Shown here in pieces: positions 53,139 to 62,263 of a stretch of 64,000 nt of DNA. The notes under the pieces are model-generated. The model had not been told where the DNA came from, searched no databases, and worked only from the letters and a program-made list of their open reading frames with translations. The stretch comes from a bacterium (GTDB taxonomy: Bacteria > Auribacterota > UBA3054). The position numbers and the translations under genes are program-made. The stretch's first letter is position 1, and every line of letters begins with the position of its first letter. Where the stretch lies: NCBI GenBank assembly GCA_017557885.1, contig JAFYXV010000009.1, positions 27,049-91,048 of the forward strand. The letters run 5' to 3'.

Positions 53139-53591
53139 ATGCTCTGCCCCAAATGCCATCATCCTGAAAGCAAAGTCATCGACTCCCGCACGGCCCACAA
53201 CGACAGCGCCATCAGGCGCCGCCGGGAATGCCTCTCCTGCGGCCACCGTTTCACCACCTATGAGACGGTGGAAGCGCCTTTGATGGTCATCAAGAAAGAC
53301 GGTTCCAGGGAGGATTTCGACAAAGAGAAGATCCTGGGCGGACTCCGTCAGGCCTGCCGCAAGCGGCCCGTTTCCGTCGGCCAGTTCGACGACATAGTGC
53401 AGGCCGTCATCAACAAAGCGGAGCATGAACATTTGAGGGAGATACCCACGGAGGAAGTCGGCCGCATAGTCATGGAAAAACTGAAAGCCATCGACCAGGT
53501 CTCCTACGTGCGCTTCGCCTCCGTTTACCTCCAGTTCCAGGCCGTTGGCGATTTCGAGGACGCGGTCAACCATGTCAGGGAAAACAAGTAA
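53139..53591 (+). CDS. nrdR: transcriptional repressor NrdR (Zn ribbon plus ATP-cone)
   Basis: It has MLCPKCHHPESKVIDSR....RRRRECLSCGHRFTTYE followed by an ATP-cone. Length is 150 aa. Confidence 0.95.
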   Translation: MLCPKCHHPESKVIDSRTAHNDSAIRRRRECLSCGHRFTTYETVEAPLMVIKKDGSREDFDKEKILGGLRQACRKRPVSVGQFDDIVQAVINKAEHEHLREIPTEEVGRIVMEKLKAIDQVSYVRFASVYLQFQAVGDFEDAVNHVRENK

Positions 53592-53594
53592 GAA

Positions 53595-55430
53595 ATGCTG
53601 CCTACCCATGTGAGAAAACGCGACGGCCGTCTGGTGACCTTCGACATTGGCAAGCTGAAGCGCAGCATAGAAGCTGCTCTTCTGGCGGCCGAGGTGCCCG
53701 GATCAGAATACGCCGAGGACGCGGCCTACGCCATCGCCATGCACCTTGGGAAAACTTTTCCCCAGCAGCCTCCCCAGACCAGCGACGTGGCGGTGACGGT
53801 AGCCAGGGCCCTGGAAAAAAGCTACGGCCCCAGGGCCAGCGCCGTTTACCTTGACTACCGGGTGGCCAGGGACGAGCAGCGGGCCAAATGCACCGTCATA
53901 AAGCCCAGGCAGATCTCGCTTTTCGACGCCGACACCACCGTAAGCGTCATGACCGGCGGCGAGCAGAACGCCCGCCCCTGGAACCGCGCTTTCATAGTTA
54001 GAGCGCTGGAACAGGAAGCGCATCTCAAGCACAGCGCCGCCGAGACCATCGCCCAGGAAGTCGAGGAACGGATCTTGTCCTCCGGCCTTTCCGTAGTCAC
54101 CACCACTCTCATCAGAGCCGTGGTGGATTCCGAGCTTTTAGCCAAGGGCTACGCCAATTCCTTGCGCCAGCGCTCCTCCGTGACGGTTCCCTACGAGGCG
54201 CTTCAGCGCGGCCTGAACGAGCCTGAGGAGCTCAACCAGCAGCTCGGACGCCGCGTCTCCGCCCCCTACTCCCTTTCCCACATCTATTCGGAAGACGTGG
54301 CCATGGCCCACCGCCAGGGGCTCATCGGAATCGGCGGACTCGACCATCCCTACAGCCGCTTTTTCGAGCGGTTGGAAATGGATCCCAACATAAGCGCTTC
54401 CCAATTCCGCCGCCAATTCCTGACGGAACTTAAAAAGTTGGACGCCAAACTCTGCAGCACCCTGGTCTGCGTTTTCAGAGAAGATTTCCTCAAGCGTCTG
54501 CCAAGGGAAAGAATAACCGAGATCAGAGACGCCGCGGCAGCCTTCGGCGGCAGGGTGTGCCTGAGCTTCCCCGTCGGCGCCCTTGAGGATCTGTTCGATC
54601 TCCTGAAAGATTCCGAAAGTTCGCCGAATTTGACCTGGCAGTTCCTGGGAGACGCCGGAGATATCGAAAAACTTTCCCGGCTGTTCCTGGATTTTTCCAT
54701 CAGGGGCCACAACGTTCTCTGGAACAAAGTCGAGCAGACCCCCGTCTCGCAGCTGGTGGCCGTCAACCTTCCCAGGATAGTCTATAAGAACAAAAATTCT
54801 TCTCTGGAGGAGCTCCTCATGGGCCTCAGGCCCTCCCTGGAAGCAGCCGTGCACGCCTGCCGCCAGTACCGGCTCTTCGCCCAGGCCAACGGACAGTTGA
54901 GAATGTCCGACACCCCAGGCTGCGAGATCCTCGGCGTCAGGGAAGCAGTTTCCACCTTCTGCGGCCATGACGATCCCGAAGAGCAATACCGGACCGCCGA
55001 GACGATCCTCGGGGCCTCCCGGGAAATACTGCACAAGCTTTCCGAAGCTTACTACTTCGACATTCAGCTGGTGAACGGCTGCGGGCGCGATTTCGGCTCC
55101 CGCTTCGCAATGATCGACGAAAGGCTCTTCCCGGAGATCTTCGGCTTCCTGCCCTTCCGGGATTCCGACGCCGACGCCCTCCGCCACAGCATTCCGCCCT
55201 ACCGCATGCTGGAAAGCTTCACTGGAGACCGCCAGGACGAGATCCTCCGCTGGGCCCAGATACTGAACGCCAACTGCGACAGCGGCTGCTTCCCCATATC
55301 CACCGCGGACCAGGATCTTCTTTCCAGCCTTTTCAACCAGGGCTTCGGTGTCCTTCTCACAGGCCAGCGCCCCCAGGATCAGTTCGGCGAAAGATATCTG
55401 GAAAGCCGCGGGCAAACTTCCCTCTTTTAA
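53595..55430 (+). CDS. ATP-cone protein related to the class III ribonucleotide reductase (NrdD) N-terminal region; probably non-catalytic
   Basis: It has two ATP-cone-like segments (VRKRDGRLVTFDIGKLKRSIEAAL; ARPWNRAFIVRALEQEAHL...). LSHIYSEDVAMAHRQGLIGIGGLDHP parallels NrdD ..AH..G.IHIHDLD. There is no R-V-x-G-Y glycyl-radical motif and no C-terminal Cys cluster. Confidence 0.4.
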   Translation: MLPTHVRKRDGRLVTFDIGKLKRSIEAALLAAEVPGSEYAEDAAYAIAMHLGKTFPQQPPQTSDVAVTVARALEKSYGPRASAVYLDYRVARDEQRAKCTVIKPRQISLFDADTTVSVMTGGEQNARPWNRAFIVRALEQEAHLKHSAAETIAQEVEERILSSGLSVVTTTLIRAVVDSELLAKGYANSLRQRSSVTVPYEALQRGLNEPEELNQQLGRRVSAPYSLSHIYSEDVAMAHRQGLIGIGGLDHPYSRFFERLEMDPNISASQFRRQFLTELKKLDAKLCSTLVCVFREDFLKRLPRERITEIRDAAAAFGGRVCLSFPVGALEDLFDLLKDSESSPNLTWQFLGDAGDIEKLSRLFLDFSIRGHNVLWNKVEQTPVSQLVAVNLPRIVYKNKNSSLEELLMGLRPSLEAAVHACRQYRLFAQANGQLRMSDTPGCEILGVREAVSTFCGHDDPEEQYRTAETILGASREILHKLSEAYYFDIQLVNGCGRDFGSRFAMIDERLFPEIFGFLPFRDSDADALRHSIPPYRMLESFTGDRQDEILRWAQILNANCDSGCFPISTADQDLLSSLFNQGFGVLLTGQRPQDQFGERYLESRGQTSLF

Positions 55431-56107
55431 TGGATCTTCCCCTCATCGCCATTATCCCCTCCGCAGGTATTGCCTCCCGCATGGGCTTCTGTAAGCTCAC
55501 GACTCCCCTTTGCGGCAAAAGCGTAATATTCAGAACGCTGGAAACCTTCCAAGCCCTCGGCTTTGAAAAGATCGTCGTCCCCGTAAGTCCGGGCAGAGCG
55601 GAAGAATTCAAAAAAATGCTCGATCCAAAAATCACGGTCATAGAAGGCGGAGACTGCCGCGCCAGATCCGTCCGCAACGCGGTAAAAACCTTAAAAGACA
55701 TCGAGAACGCCATAGTCGTTATCCATGACTGCGACCGCCCCTTCGTAAAGGCCAAGATCATTCTTGAAACCATAGAAGAAGCCAAAAAAACAGGCGCCGC
55801 CATTGCGGCCGTCCCCTGCTCCTCGACCGTAAAGGAGATCAAAGAAGACGGATCCATTTCCTCCACCGTTCCGAGGGAAAAACTTTATTTCGCCTCCACG
55901 CCCCAGACTTTCCAGTTAAAAACGCTAAGGGAAGCTTACGCTAAGCTCGGCAATGAAGCCGATTGGGAAAGCCTGACCGACGAGGCCATGATCCTGGAAA
56001 TGGCGGGATCGGAAGTAAAGATCTGCCGCGATTCGGAAGAGAATTTCAAACTGACGACCAGGAAAGACTGGGACTTCGCCTCCTACCTGCTTACAAAAAA
56101 TGCTTGA
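55430..56107 (+). CDS. ispD: 2-C-methyl-D-erythritol 4-phosphate cytidylyltransferase
   Basis: It has IAIIPSAGIASRMG..K..., VVIHDCDRPFV and PQTFQ. Length is 225 aa. Its ATG overlaps the upstream stop (TAATG). Confidence 0.85.
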   Translation: MDLPLIAIIPSAGIASRMGFCKLTTPLCGKSVIFRTLETFQALGFEKIVVPVSPGRAEEFKKMLDPKITVIEGGDCRARSVRNAVKTLKDIENAIVVIHDCDRPFVKAKIILETIEEAKKTGAAIAAVPCSSTVKEIKEDGSISSTVPREKLYFASTPQTFQLKTLREAYAKLGNEADWESLTDEAMILEMAGSEVKICRDSEENFKLTTRKDWDFASYLLTKNA

Positions 56108-57140
56108 CTGCCAAAGCGAAGACATAAAAGTGGAAACCGCCGTGCTGGTCCTGAACTGGCAGGGCGAAAAACTGATCAGGGACTGCCTTGACGCCCTGCG
56201 GGATCAGAGTTATCAGGATTTCCTCACGGTGGTCGCCGACAACGCTTCCACCGACGCTTCCGTTGAGATCATCAAATCCGATTACCCGGACGTCCTCTTA
56301 TACGATTTCAAGGAAAACTACGGCTTCGCCCGCGGCAACAACGAAGCCATGGAGCTTCTCTTCCGGCGCTATCCCGATTTAAAGTACATCGTCCTTCTGA
56401 ACAACGACACCAAAGTCGAGAAGCAGTGGCTGAACGAGCTTGTCTCGCTGGCGGAAAGCGATCCCAAGGCCGGATCCGTGGCCTCCCAGCTGCTCTGCTG
56501 GGACGGCGAGCACGAACCAGAAGTCATCGACTCCGCCGGCGACATGTTCTTTAAACACGGCGTGGCCGGAAAACGCGGCTACGGAAAACCCCGGGACACC
56601 TACACTGACGAGGCGGGCGTTTTCGGAGCCTGCGCCGGCGCCGCCCTCTACCGCGTGCAAGCCCTGAAAGAGACAGGACTATTCGACCCCGACTTCTTCG
56701 CCTACAACGAGGACGTTGACCTCGCCTTCCGCCTAAGGTTGAGAGGCTGGGGCTGCCGCTTCGCCCACAAGGCGGCGGTCTGGCACAGAGTGGGCTTCTC
56801 CACCACCAAATACTCTGACCGCGCTCTCTACTGGGCCAAGCGCAACAGCCTCTGGGTAGTCTGGAAGGATTTCCCCACTCCCCTTTTGTGGCGCTACGGC
56901 ATCGGCATTTTCCTCTACTCCTTCCTTAGCGACTTGCTCTGGACCTTCCGGGGGCGCCTTAAACCCATCTGGCAGGGCCGCAGGGACGCTTTCAAAGCCA
57001 AGGCAAGGTTAGACGCCCAGAGAAAGGAGATACAGGCTAAAAACGTCCTGAGCAGCGCCGAACTTCAAAAATTGATGATCCTGAAGACCCCCTGGATGGA
57101 ATCCATACTGCGCAATCTGAAAGACCCCAGGGCCAAATGA
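56100..57140 (+). CDS. family 2 glycosyltransferase
   Basis: It has VLVLNWQGEKLIRDCLDAL..Q.Y.D..VVADNASTD, LNNDT and a DxD-like NEDVDL. Length is 346 aa. Confidence 0.85.
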   Translation: MLDCQSEDIKVETAVLVLNWQGEKLIRDCLDALRDQSYQDFLTVVADNASTDASVEIIKSDYPDVLLYDFKENYGFARGNNEAMELLFRRYPDLKYIVLLNNDTKVEKQWLNELVSLAESDPKAGSVASQLLCWDGEHEPEVIDSAGDMFFKHGVAGKRGYGKPRDTYTDEAGVFGACAGAALYRVQALKETGLFDPDFFAYNEDVDLAFRLRLRGWGCRFAHKAAVWHRVGFSTTKYSDRALYWAKRNSLWVVWKDFPTPLLWRYGIGIFLYSFLSDLLWTFRGRLKPIWQGRRDAFKAKARLDAQRKEIQAKNVLSSAELQKLMILKTPWMESILRNLKDPRAK

Positions 57141-57143
57141 GCC

Positions 57144-57172
57144 TTGACTTCCAAAAGCCCTTTTTATATAAT
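57144..57172 (+). promoter_or_regulatory. sigma70-type promoter TTGACT-N17-TATAAT for the tRNA pair
   Basis: TTGACT is at 57144-57149, followed by a 17-nt spacer and TATAAT at 57167-57172. tRNA-Lys begins 42 nt downstream. Confidence 0.7.
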
Positions 57173-57213
57173 TTCTTTCACCATTCTGAAAATGGTAAAT
57201 AAGAAAAAGGCAC

Positions 57214-57287
57214 GGGCCGTTAGCTCAGTTTGGTAGAGCATCTGACTTTTAATTAGAGGGTCGCAGGTTCGAGTCCCGCACGGCTCA
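57214..57287 (+). tRNA. tRNA-Lys (anticodon TTT)
   Basis: I folded the cloverleaf by hand. The acceptor stem is GGGCCGT/ACGGCTC, the D stem GCTC/GAGC, the anticodon arm TCTGA-CTTTTAA-TTAGA and the T arm GCAGG-TTCGAGT-CCCGC. The discriminator is A, and CCA is not encoded. Confidence 0.9.
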
Positions 57288-57314
57288 CTTTTTTCTTTGA
57301 ACATAAAACATTTT

Positions 57315-57392
57315 GTCTCCATCGTCTAGTCCGGCCTAGGACACCGGGTTTTCATCCCGACAACAGGAGTTCGAATCTCCTTGGAGACGCCA
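57315..57392 (+). tRNA. tRNA-Glu (anticodon TTC), CCA encoded
   Basis: The acceptor stem is GTCTCCA/TGGAGAC, the anticodon loop TTTTCAT and the T arm AGGAG-TTCGAAT-CTCCT. The 3' end is GCCA. The sequence is collinear with E. coli tRNA-Glu. Confidence 0.9.
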
Positions 57393-57400
57393 AAACTTAA

Positions 57401-57428
57401 AGCGCGCCATGCGGCGCGCTTTTTTTTA
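57401..57428. terminator. bidirectional rho-independent terminator (tRNA operon / rluD-side operon)
   Basis: The stem is AGCGCGCC (57401-57408) / GGCGCGCT (57413-57420), followed by T8 on the plus strand. It sits between the tRNA-Glu end and the convergent stop at 57426. Confidence 0.8.
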
Positions 57429-58418
57429 TTTCAAAGGCGGAAAGAGCGCCGAAACGGCGTTCTGGAAGGCTTCCGGCAGCGGGGCGGTGAATTCTATCTC
57501 CTGCTCTGTGACAGGGTGGCGGCAGATGAAGGACATGGCGTGGAGCAATTGCGTTCTGATAGAAACGCCGCAGACATTCGCTTCCGGCTCCCGGCCGTAA
57601 AGTTTGTCGGCTATGACCGGATGCCCTATGGCGGACATATGCACCCTGATCTGGTGGGTGCGACCGGTCTTGATGGCCACGTCCACCAGGGAAAGGCCGT
57701 TGAGAAAGCCCTGGACGTTTGGCGCGCTGGCTTTGACAGTGTAATGGGAAAGCGAAGGCAGGCCGTCGGAGCGCACCATCTGTTTCAGCCTGATGTGAGA
57801 ATACTTGTTGTCGCCTATGGGAAGCGTTATGTCCCCTTCTCTTTCGGAAAACACGCCGTGGGTTAGAGTGCGGTAAACTTTTTTTACTTCGCGCTTCTCT
57901 ATCTGGCAGGCCAGATGCGTTCTATACTTTTCGCTCTTGGCGAGGATCAGAACGCCGCTGGTGTCCTTGTCAAGTCGGTGAATGAGCGTGGGCCTGTAAG
58001 CGAGATCCTTGTATTTCGCGTGCACGGCGTTCAATAGCGTGTCGTAAAGATGCACTCCTGTGGGATGCACGATCGTGCCGGGCTTTTTGTTGAGGACCAG
58101 GAGCGCTTCGTCCTCATAGATTACGTCAAGGTCTATTTTCGCTTCAGAGTGCTCCTGCTGATAAGGGGAAATGTCGATGTGGATCTTTTCGCCCAAAAGC
58201 AGGTAGCGCCCGGCCCTGGTGGGCTGCCCGTTCAGAGTTACGAGCCCGTCGTCGATCATCCTCTGGAAAAAGGCGCGGGAACGCCAGGGAAGCTTCCTTT
58301 TGATGAAGGCGTCCACGCGGCAGGGCAGGTCTTCCTCCTCCACCGTGAAATCGAAAGCTTCTATGGCCTTCGCCAGATCCTTGGGCGGAGCTTTTTGTCT
58401 CAGTCTTTGGGGGTACAC
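57426..58418 (-). CDS. rluD: RluA-family 23S rRNA pseudouridine synthase (RluD-like, S4 domain)
   Basis: It has an S4-like N-terminus (RVDAFIKRKLPWRSRAFFQRMIDDGLVTLNG), the catalytic HRLDKDTSGVLILAKS and GRTHQIRVHM. Confidence 0.85.
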   Translation of the reverse strand: MYPQRLRQKAPPKDLAKAIEAFDFTVEEEDLPCRVDAFIKRKLPWRSRAFFQRMIDDGLVTLNGQPTRAGRYLLLGEKIHIDISPYQQEHSEAKIDLDVIYEDEALLVLNKKPGTIVHPTGVHLYDTLLNAVHAKYKDLAYRPTLIHRLDKDTSGVLILAKSEKYRTHLACQIEKREVKKVYRTLTHGVFSEREGDITLPIGDNKYSHIRLKQMVRSDGLPSLSHYTVKASAPNVQGFLNGLSLVDVAIKTGRTHQIRVHMSAIGHPVIADKLYGREPEANVCGVSIRTQLLHAMSFICRHPVTEQEIEFTAPLPEAFQNAVSALFPPLK

Positions 58419-59389
58419 TTTCTGAAAAGGCCGTCGGTGATGAAAAACAAAGCGCCGGGAAGCGTCATGACGACGGAGGCGGCCCTGGCGATAATAAGGC
58501 AGGCTAAGAGCGTGGAAACTTCAATGGGCAGGAAAAGGCAGAAAACGAATTCCCGCGTACCAATCGTCTCGATGCTTATCGGAATAACCCCCAGAAGAGA
58601 GGTGGTCTGGACCAGGGCGAAAACAAGCGTGAAAGAAAACTTCTGATCCAGAACGGCCCAGAAGCAAAGGTAAAAAGCCAAGGCGAAGGAAAACTGCAGG
58701 AGCGTTGAGACAAGTATCAGCTTTGCGATAGTCTTGGCTCCGCGAATGTTCTGGTTCAGCTTTTCCAAAAATTCGACCAAAAATTGGGAAACGGCTTTGT
58801 AAGGGATCTTGGAAAACAAAGCGCTGAATTTCAGCACGGCCTTTTTGCTTGCGATGAGAACGAAAATGAAAAGCATCGCTATGAGAAGAGCAAAAAGCGC
58901 CGCAGCGATGAGAAGCAAAGCTCCCCTTGCCGTCTTGTCCCCTTCCGACCATGCCCGGAAAACATCATTTGAAACAAAGGGCAGCGACAAAATGATCAAT
59001 GATCCGATGACAAGGAAGCCGATGAGTCTTTCCAGAAAGAGCAGGCCTGTTCCCTCCGCGGCTGAGATGCCGTGCGGAAGCATGTTGATCACCCTCGTGA
59101 TGTCGCCGCCGAAGCCGGTGGGCAGAAAATTGTTGCAGAAGCTGGCGGTGAAGCTGTACCTGAGAAGTTTTACAAAGGGAATGTGTTTTTCAGCGCCCTG
59201 GAGGACAACCTGCCAGCGCCAGGCCGTGATCACGTAGGAAAGAAGGAAGACCGCAAGCGCGGCGGCGATAAGCCTGAGATCCGTGTTTTTCAAATTCGCC
59301 ATGACCGCCTTTGGGTCGCACATGAAATACAAAGCGGCGACCAATGCGGCGGCGATAACAAGGCGTATGATGAAAAAAACTTTTTTCAT
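58400..59389 (-). CDS. flippase-like / lysyl-PG-synthase-TM-type (UPF0104) membrane protein
   Basis: It has about 8 TM segments. The N-terminal ...LRLIAAALAVFLLSYVITAWRWQVVL resembles the TIGR00374/LPG_synthase_TM family. Confidence 0.55.
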   Translation of the reverse strand: MKKVFFIIRLVIAAALVAALYFMCDPKAVMANLKNTDLRLIAAALAVFLLSYVITAWRWQVVLQGAEKHIPFVKLLRYSFTASFCNNFLPTGFGGDITRVINMLPHGISAAEGTGLLFLERLIGFLVIGSLIILSLPFVSNDVFRAWSEGDKTARGALLLIAAALFALLIAMLFIFVLIASKKAVLKFSALFSKIPYKAVSQFLVEFLEKLNQNIRGAKTIAKLILVSTLLQFSFALAFYLCFWAVLDQKFSFTLVFALVQTTSLLGVIPISIETIGTREFVFCLFLPIEVSTLLACLIIARAASVVMTLPGALFFITDGLFRKCTPKD

Positions 59390-60321
59390 TGCTTCCTAAG
59401 GAAAGGTTCCTCCGGATCTTCCAGACACTTGATCAGGTAATCCCCCACCCCGAAGCGGTAGTGGGAGGTCTCGACGTAGTCGTTTCTGTTGGTGGTCTGC
59501 GGAATGGTGCTGAAATCGTAAAAAGGCACGACCTTGGCAAGCTCGTTTAAGAAATCTCCGTAACCCTCCTCCAGGCACTTCTTGTAAGTGTCGACATAGA
59601 GAGGGTTGGCGAAGACCTTCAGTTTAATGCCGTTTTCTTTGCAAAGGTCGGCTATCGCTTTAATTTCTTCGATGGATTCCTCAAAACGCGGAGCGAAACG
59701 CTTGTCCCAGGCGGGACGGTTGGCTTTCTCGTCAAGGTTGGTTTCCTGGCTGAGCCAGGAGTTGCCGGTAGCGTAGAAATCTTTTTCCTTTTCCCCGTCG
59801 CTCTTCTTGGCGCCCAGAATGGTGTCCAGCGAATGGAAGGCCATGGAGCAGTTGACATACGGGAAATAGAATTTTACGAGGTTGCCGTCCAAAGGATAGG
59901 ATCTGCGCATCAGAGATTTTTTGTGGCGCTCGGGATCGGAGTAGCAGCTGATATTGTCGATGCCCAGCCAGACGTTGCTTATCCTGACGCCTTTCGCGAC
60001 GAAGAGTTTTAAATTGTCCAGATGCTCCTTAGGAAGTCCTTCGGAATAATTCATGTTGTAGAAATGTCCTTCCCTGATCTTCGAAACGTCGATCATGCCG
60101 ACTCGGGAAGAGCCGAAGAGAAAAGAGTCGAAGCGATCCGGGTTGTCGAGAACATAGCGCGTCTTGATAAAATTCTGGTTGGGTTCAACTCCGTTGAAAC
60201 GGATGTTGTCGTAATGGAAAACGTTGTAAGGGTCGAGCCAGATCGGAAAAGCGACCGTTACGAGAAGGATCAGTATCAAGGCCAGGGCGGCCTGCCAGAT
60301 AATGTGAATGCTGAATTTCAT
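59386..60321 (-). CDS. membrane-anchored DltD-like / SGNH-like accessory protein of the MBOAT system
   Basis: It has an N-terminal TM anchor. FDSFLFGSSRVGMID resembles the DltD LLGSSEL block. It lies directly downstream of an MBOAT gene. The assignment is weak. Confidence 0.35.
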   Translation of the reverse strand: MKFSIHIIWQAALALILILLVTVAFPIWLDPYNVFHYDNIRFNGVEPNQNFIKTRYVLDNPDRFDSFLFGSSRVGMIDVSKIREGHFYNMNYSEGLPKEHLDNLKLFVAKGVRISNVWLGIDNISCYSDPERHKKSLMRRSYPLDGNLVKFYFPYVNCSMAFHSLDTILGAKKSDGEKEKDFYATGNSWLSQETNLDEKANRPAWDKRFAPRFEESIEEIKAIADLCKENGIKLKVFANPLYVDTYKKCLEEGYGDFLNELAKVVPFYDFSTIPQTTNRNDYVETSHYRFGVGDYLIKCLEDPEEPFLRKQ

Positions 60322-60324
60322 ATT

Positions 60325-61734
60325 TTAAAATTGTCCGTAGATCAGTTCCTGCTGTTCCCCCGCCTTGCAAAGAAAGATCAATATAAGCGCCGCAACGTAG
60401 AAAAGCAGGTTGGTCTTCCTGCCAGATTCCCCGGAAGCGGACCAGAAATCTTTGTTTCGCGCAAAAAACTCCGCAACTAAAACGACAAGCGCCGGAACGG
60501 CTATCCTCAAAACGTTGACTATGCCGGATTCTTCGCCCATTATGGAAACGAAGCCGGCCTTAAAGTAAACCAAAGGAGCGCCGGCGCCAGCAAAAGCGTT
60601 GGATAAAATATAAGCCGCCTGCCCAAGAGACTCGGAGCGGAAAAAGAGCCAGCCGAAAAGCACCAGCAAGGCGGTGCACAGCGCCCAGACAAACCTGGCG
60701 GCTTTTGACTTTGGTCCTTCCTTGGCCGGGAAAAGCAGTTTTTCCGCGACAAGTCCCAGGCCGTGAAGAGCTCCCCAAACTATGAAAGTCCAGTTGGCGC
60801 CGTGCCAGAGGCCGGAGAGAAGGAACGTGACCATGATGTTGAAGGATCTTCTCAATTTCCCGCAGCGGCCGCCGCCCATGGGGAAATAAACGTAATCCCT
60901 GAACCAGGTGGAAAGGGAGATGTGCCAGCGGCTCCAGAATTCCTTTATGGTAGAGGAGACGTAAGGAACGCGGAAGTTCTCCTTAAGGTCTATCCCGAAA
61001 AGCCTCGCCACGCCTATCGCCATATCGGAATATCCGGAAAAGTCGCAGTAGATCTGCAGGCTGTAAAGAAAGACGGCCAGAATAAAAACAAAACCGCTCT
61101 TAGATTCATAGCCGGAAAAGACATTGTTGACGAGGACGGCCAGGTTGTCCGCCACCGCCGCTTTTTTTATTAAACCCCAAAGGATCTGCCTGATCCCTCT
61201 GTCGAAACGGTCAGGAGTGAGCCCGGCGGGCTCTCTGAGGGCCGGAAGGAAGTCCTTGGCCCTCTGGATAGGGCCGCAGATGACAAGCGGGAAAAAAGCC
61301 GCGTAGGTGAAGAAATAGAAGAAGTCGCCTTCCGCTTGCAGCTCTCCCCTTCTGACGTCCGTAAGGTAGGAGACAAGGCGGAAGGTGTAAAAGGAAATGC
61401 CTAAAGGAACGAGCCACTTCAAGCTCCAGCTGGAAATGCCGGAAAGTCCGGCAACGGAGTTGTAAAGAAAAGGAGTGTATTTGAAAAAGACGAGCGAAAA
61501 GAGCGCGAGCAAAACGCCGGCAAGGCAGGAAGCCTTCGTGTTCTTCAAGGCGCAGAAATAAGCGACGGCGGTCGTGATGAGGAGGAAAACCACGCACCAT
61601 CCGGAAAGGAAGACGTAAAAGAGCAGGCTGGCCGCGAACAAGAGCCATTTTCTCGCTCCCCTCGTCGGCTTCAGATGGAAAAGCAGAAGCGTCAGGATAA
61701 GGAAAGCCAAAAATTTAAAAGAGAAAAAATCCAT
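60325..61734 (-). CDS. MBOAT-family O-acyltransferase (AlgI/DltB-like)
   Basis: It is a multi-TM protein with FWSRWHISLSTWFRDYVYFPMGG and LSGLWHGANW (conserved His). Length is 469 aa. Confidence 0.9.
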   Translation of the reverse strand: MDFFSFKFLAFLILTLLLFHLKPTRGARKWLLFAASLLFYVFLSGWCVVFLLITTAVAYFCALKNTKASCLAGVLLALFSLVFFKYTPFLYNSVAGLSGISSWSLKWLVPLGISFYTFRLVSYLTDVRRGELQAEGDFFYFFTYAAFFPLVICGPIQRAKDFLPALREPAGLTPDRFDRGIRQILWGLIKKAAVADNLAVLVNNVFSGYESKSGFVFILAVFLYSLQIYCDFSGYSDMAIGVARLFGIDLKENFRVPYVSSTIKEFWSRWHISLSTWFRDYVYFPMGGGRCGKLRRSFNIMVTFLLSGLWHGANWTFIVWGALHGLGLVAEKLLFPAKEGPKSKAARFVWALCTALLVLFGWLFFRSESLGQAAYILSNAFAGAGAPLVYFKAGFVSIMGEESGIVNVLRIAVPALVVLVAEFFARNKDFWSASGESGRKTNLLFYVAALILIFLCKAGEQQELIYGQF

Positions 61735-61735
61735 C

Positions 61736-62263
61736 TTAGCCTTTCAGTTTTCCTTTGGGTATCTTGAGCTCCTTCATAAGGCCTTCCATAAATTTTTCCG
61801 TTTCCCGATCCGGCAGAGCCGCCAGGCATTGTCCCCTCTCCGTTTTCATAATAAGCACCGAAGAGCAAAAGTCGCCTTCCCTGAGCTCTTCCACCACATA
61901 GGCCTTGAGTTCGCTCAAGGGCTGGTTGGAATAGTCGCCGGTGCGGCTCAAATAATATGCGCCGTCCTTTTTCTTCAAAGAGACGATCGGCCTCCTGCGC
62001 CTTTCCAGCGAGCGCCAGATGAACGAAATGCCGAAGGAAGCGGCAAGCGCCGAAATGATCTTGACCGGTTCGAAGACTTTGCTTATGTCGCTGCGATAAT
62101 ACAAGGCGAAGAAGATCATGATGAGCGAAAATATGAGAGCCGTGTTTATGACAAGCGGCCTCGCATTGCGCCAAAGGCTGCGCCGCTTCAGACGGCGCAG
62201 CCTCAGGAGTTCCTGGAAGGACTGAGGCTCCTCCCAAACGATGTCTTCGCCTGATCTGATCAT
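61736..62263 (-). CDS. two-TM membrane protein with a possible bacterial PH (YdbS-like) domain
   Basis: It has two TM helices (LVINTALIFSLIMIFFALYY, IISALAASFGISFIW) followed by about 90 soluble residues. The topology is like bPH proteins. The call is tentative. Confidence 0.35.
   Translation of the reverse strand: MIRSGEDIVWEEPQSFQELLRLRRLKRRSLWRNARPLVINTALIFSLIMIFFALYYRSDISKVFEPVKIISALAASFGISFIWRSLERRRRPIVSLKKKDGAYYLSRTGDYSNQPLSELKAYVVEELREGDFCSSVLIMKTERGQCLAALPDRETEKFMEGLMKELKIPKGKLKG

Noticed and set aside
57214-57392. The tRNA-Lys/tRNA-Glu pair as an integration hotspot for a genomic island
   Set aside because: Both flanks are native-GC genes (a GT2 gene and the rluD operon). There is no integrase, and no partial tRNA duplication or direct repeat was seen. 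The low-GC island is 40 kb away.
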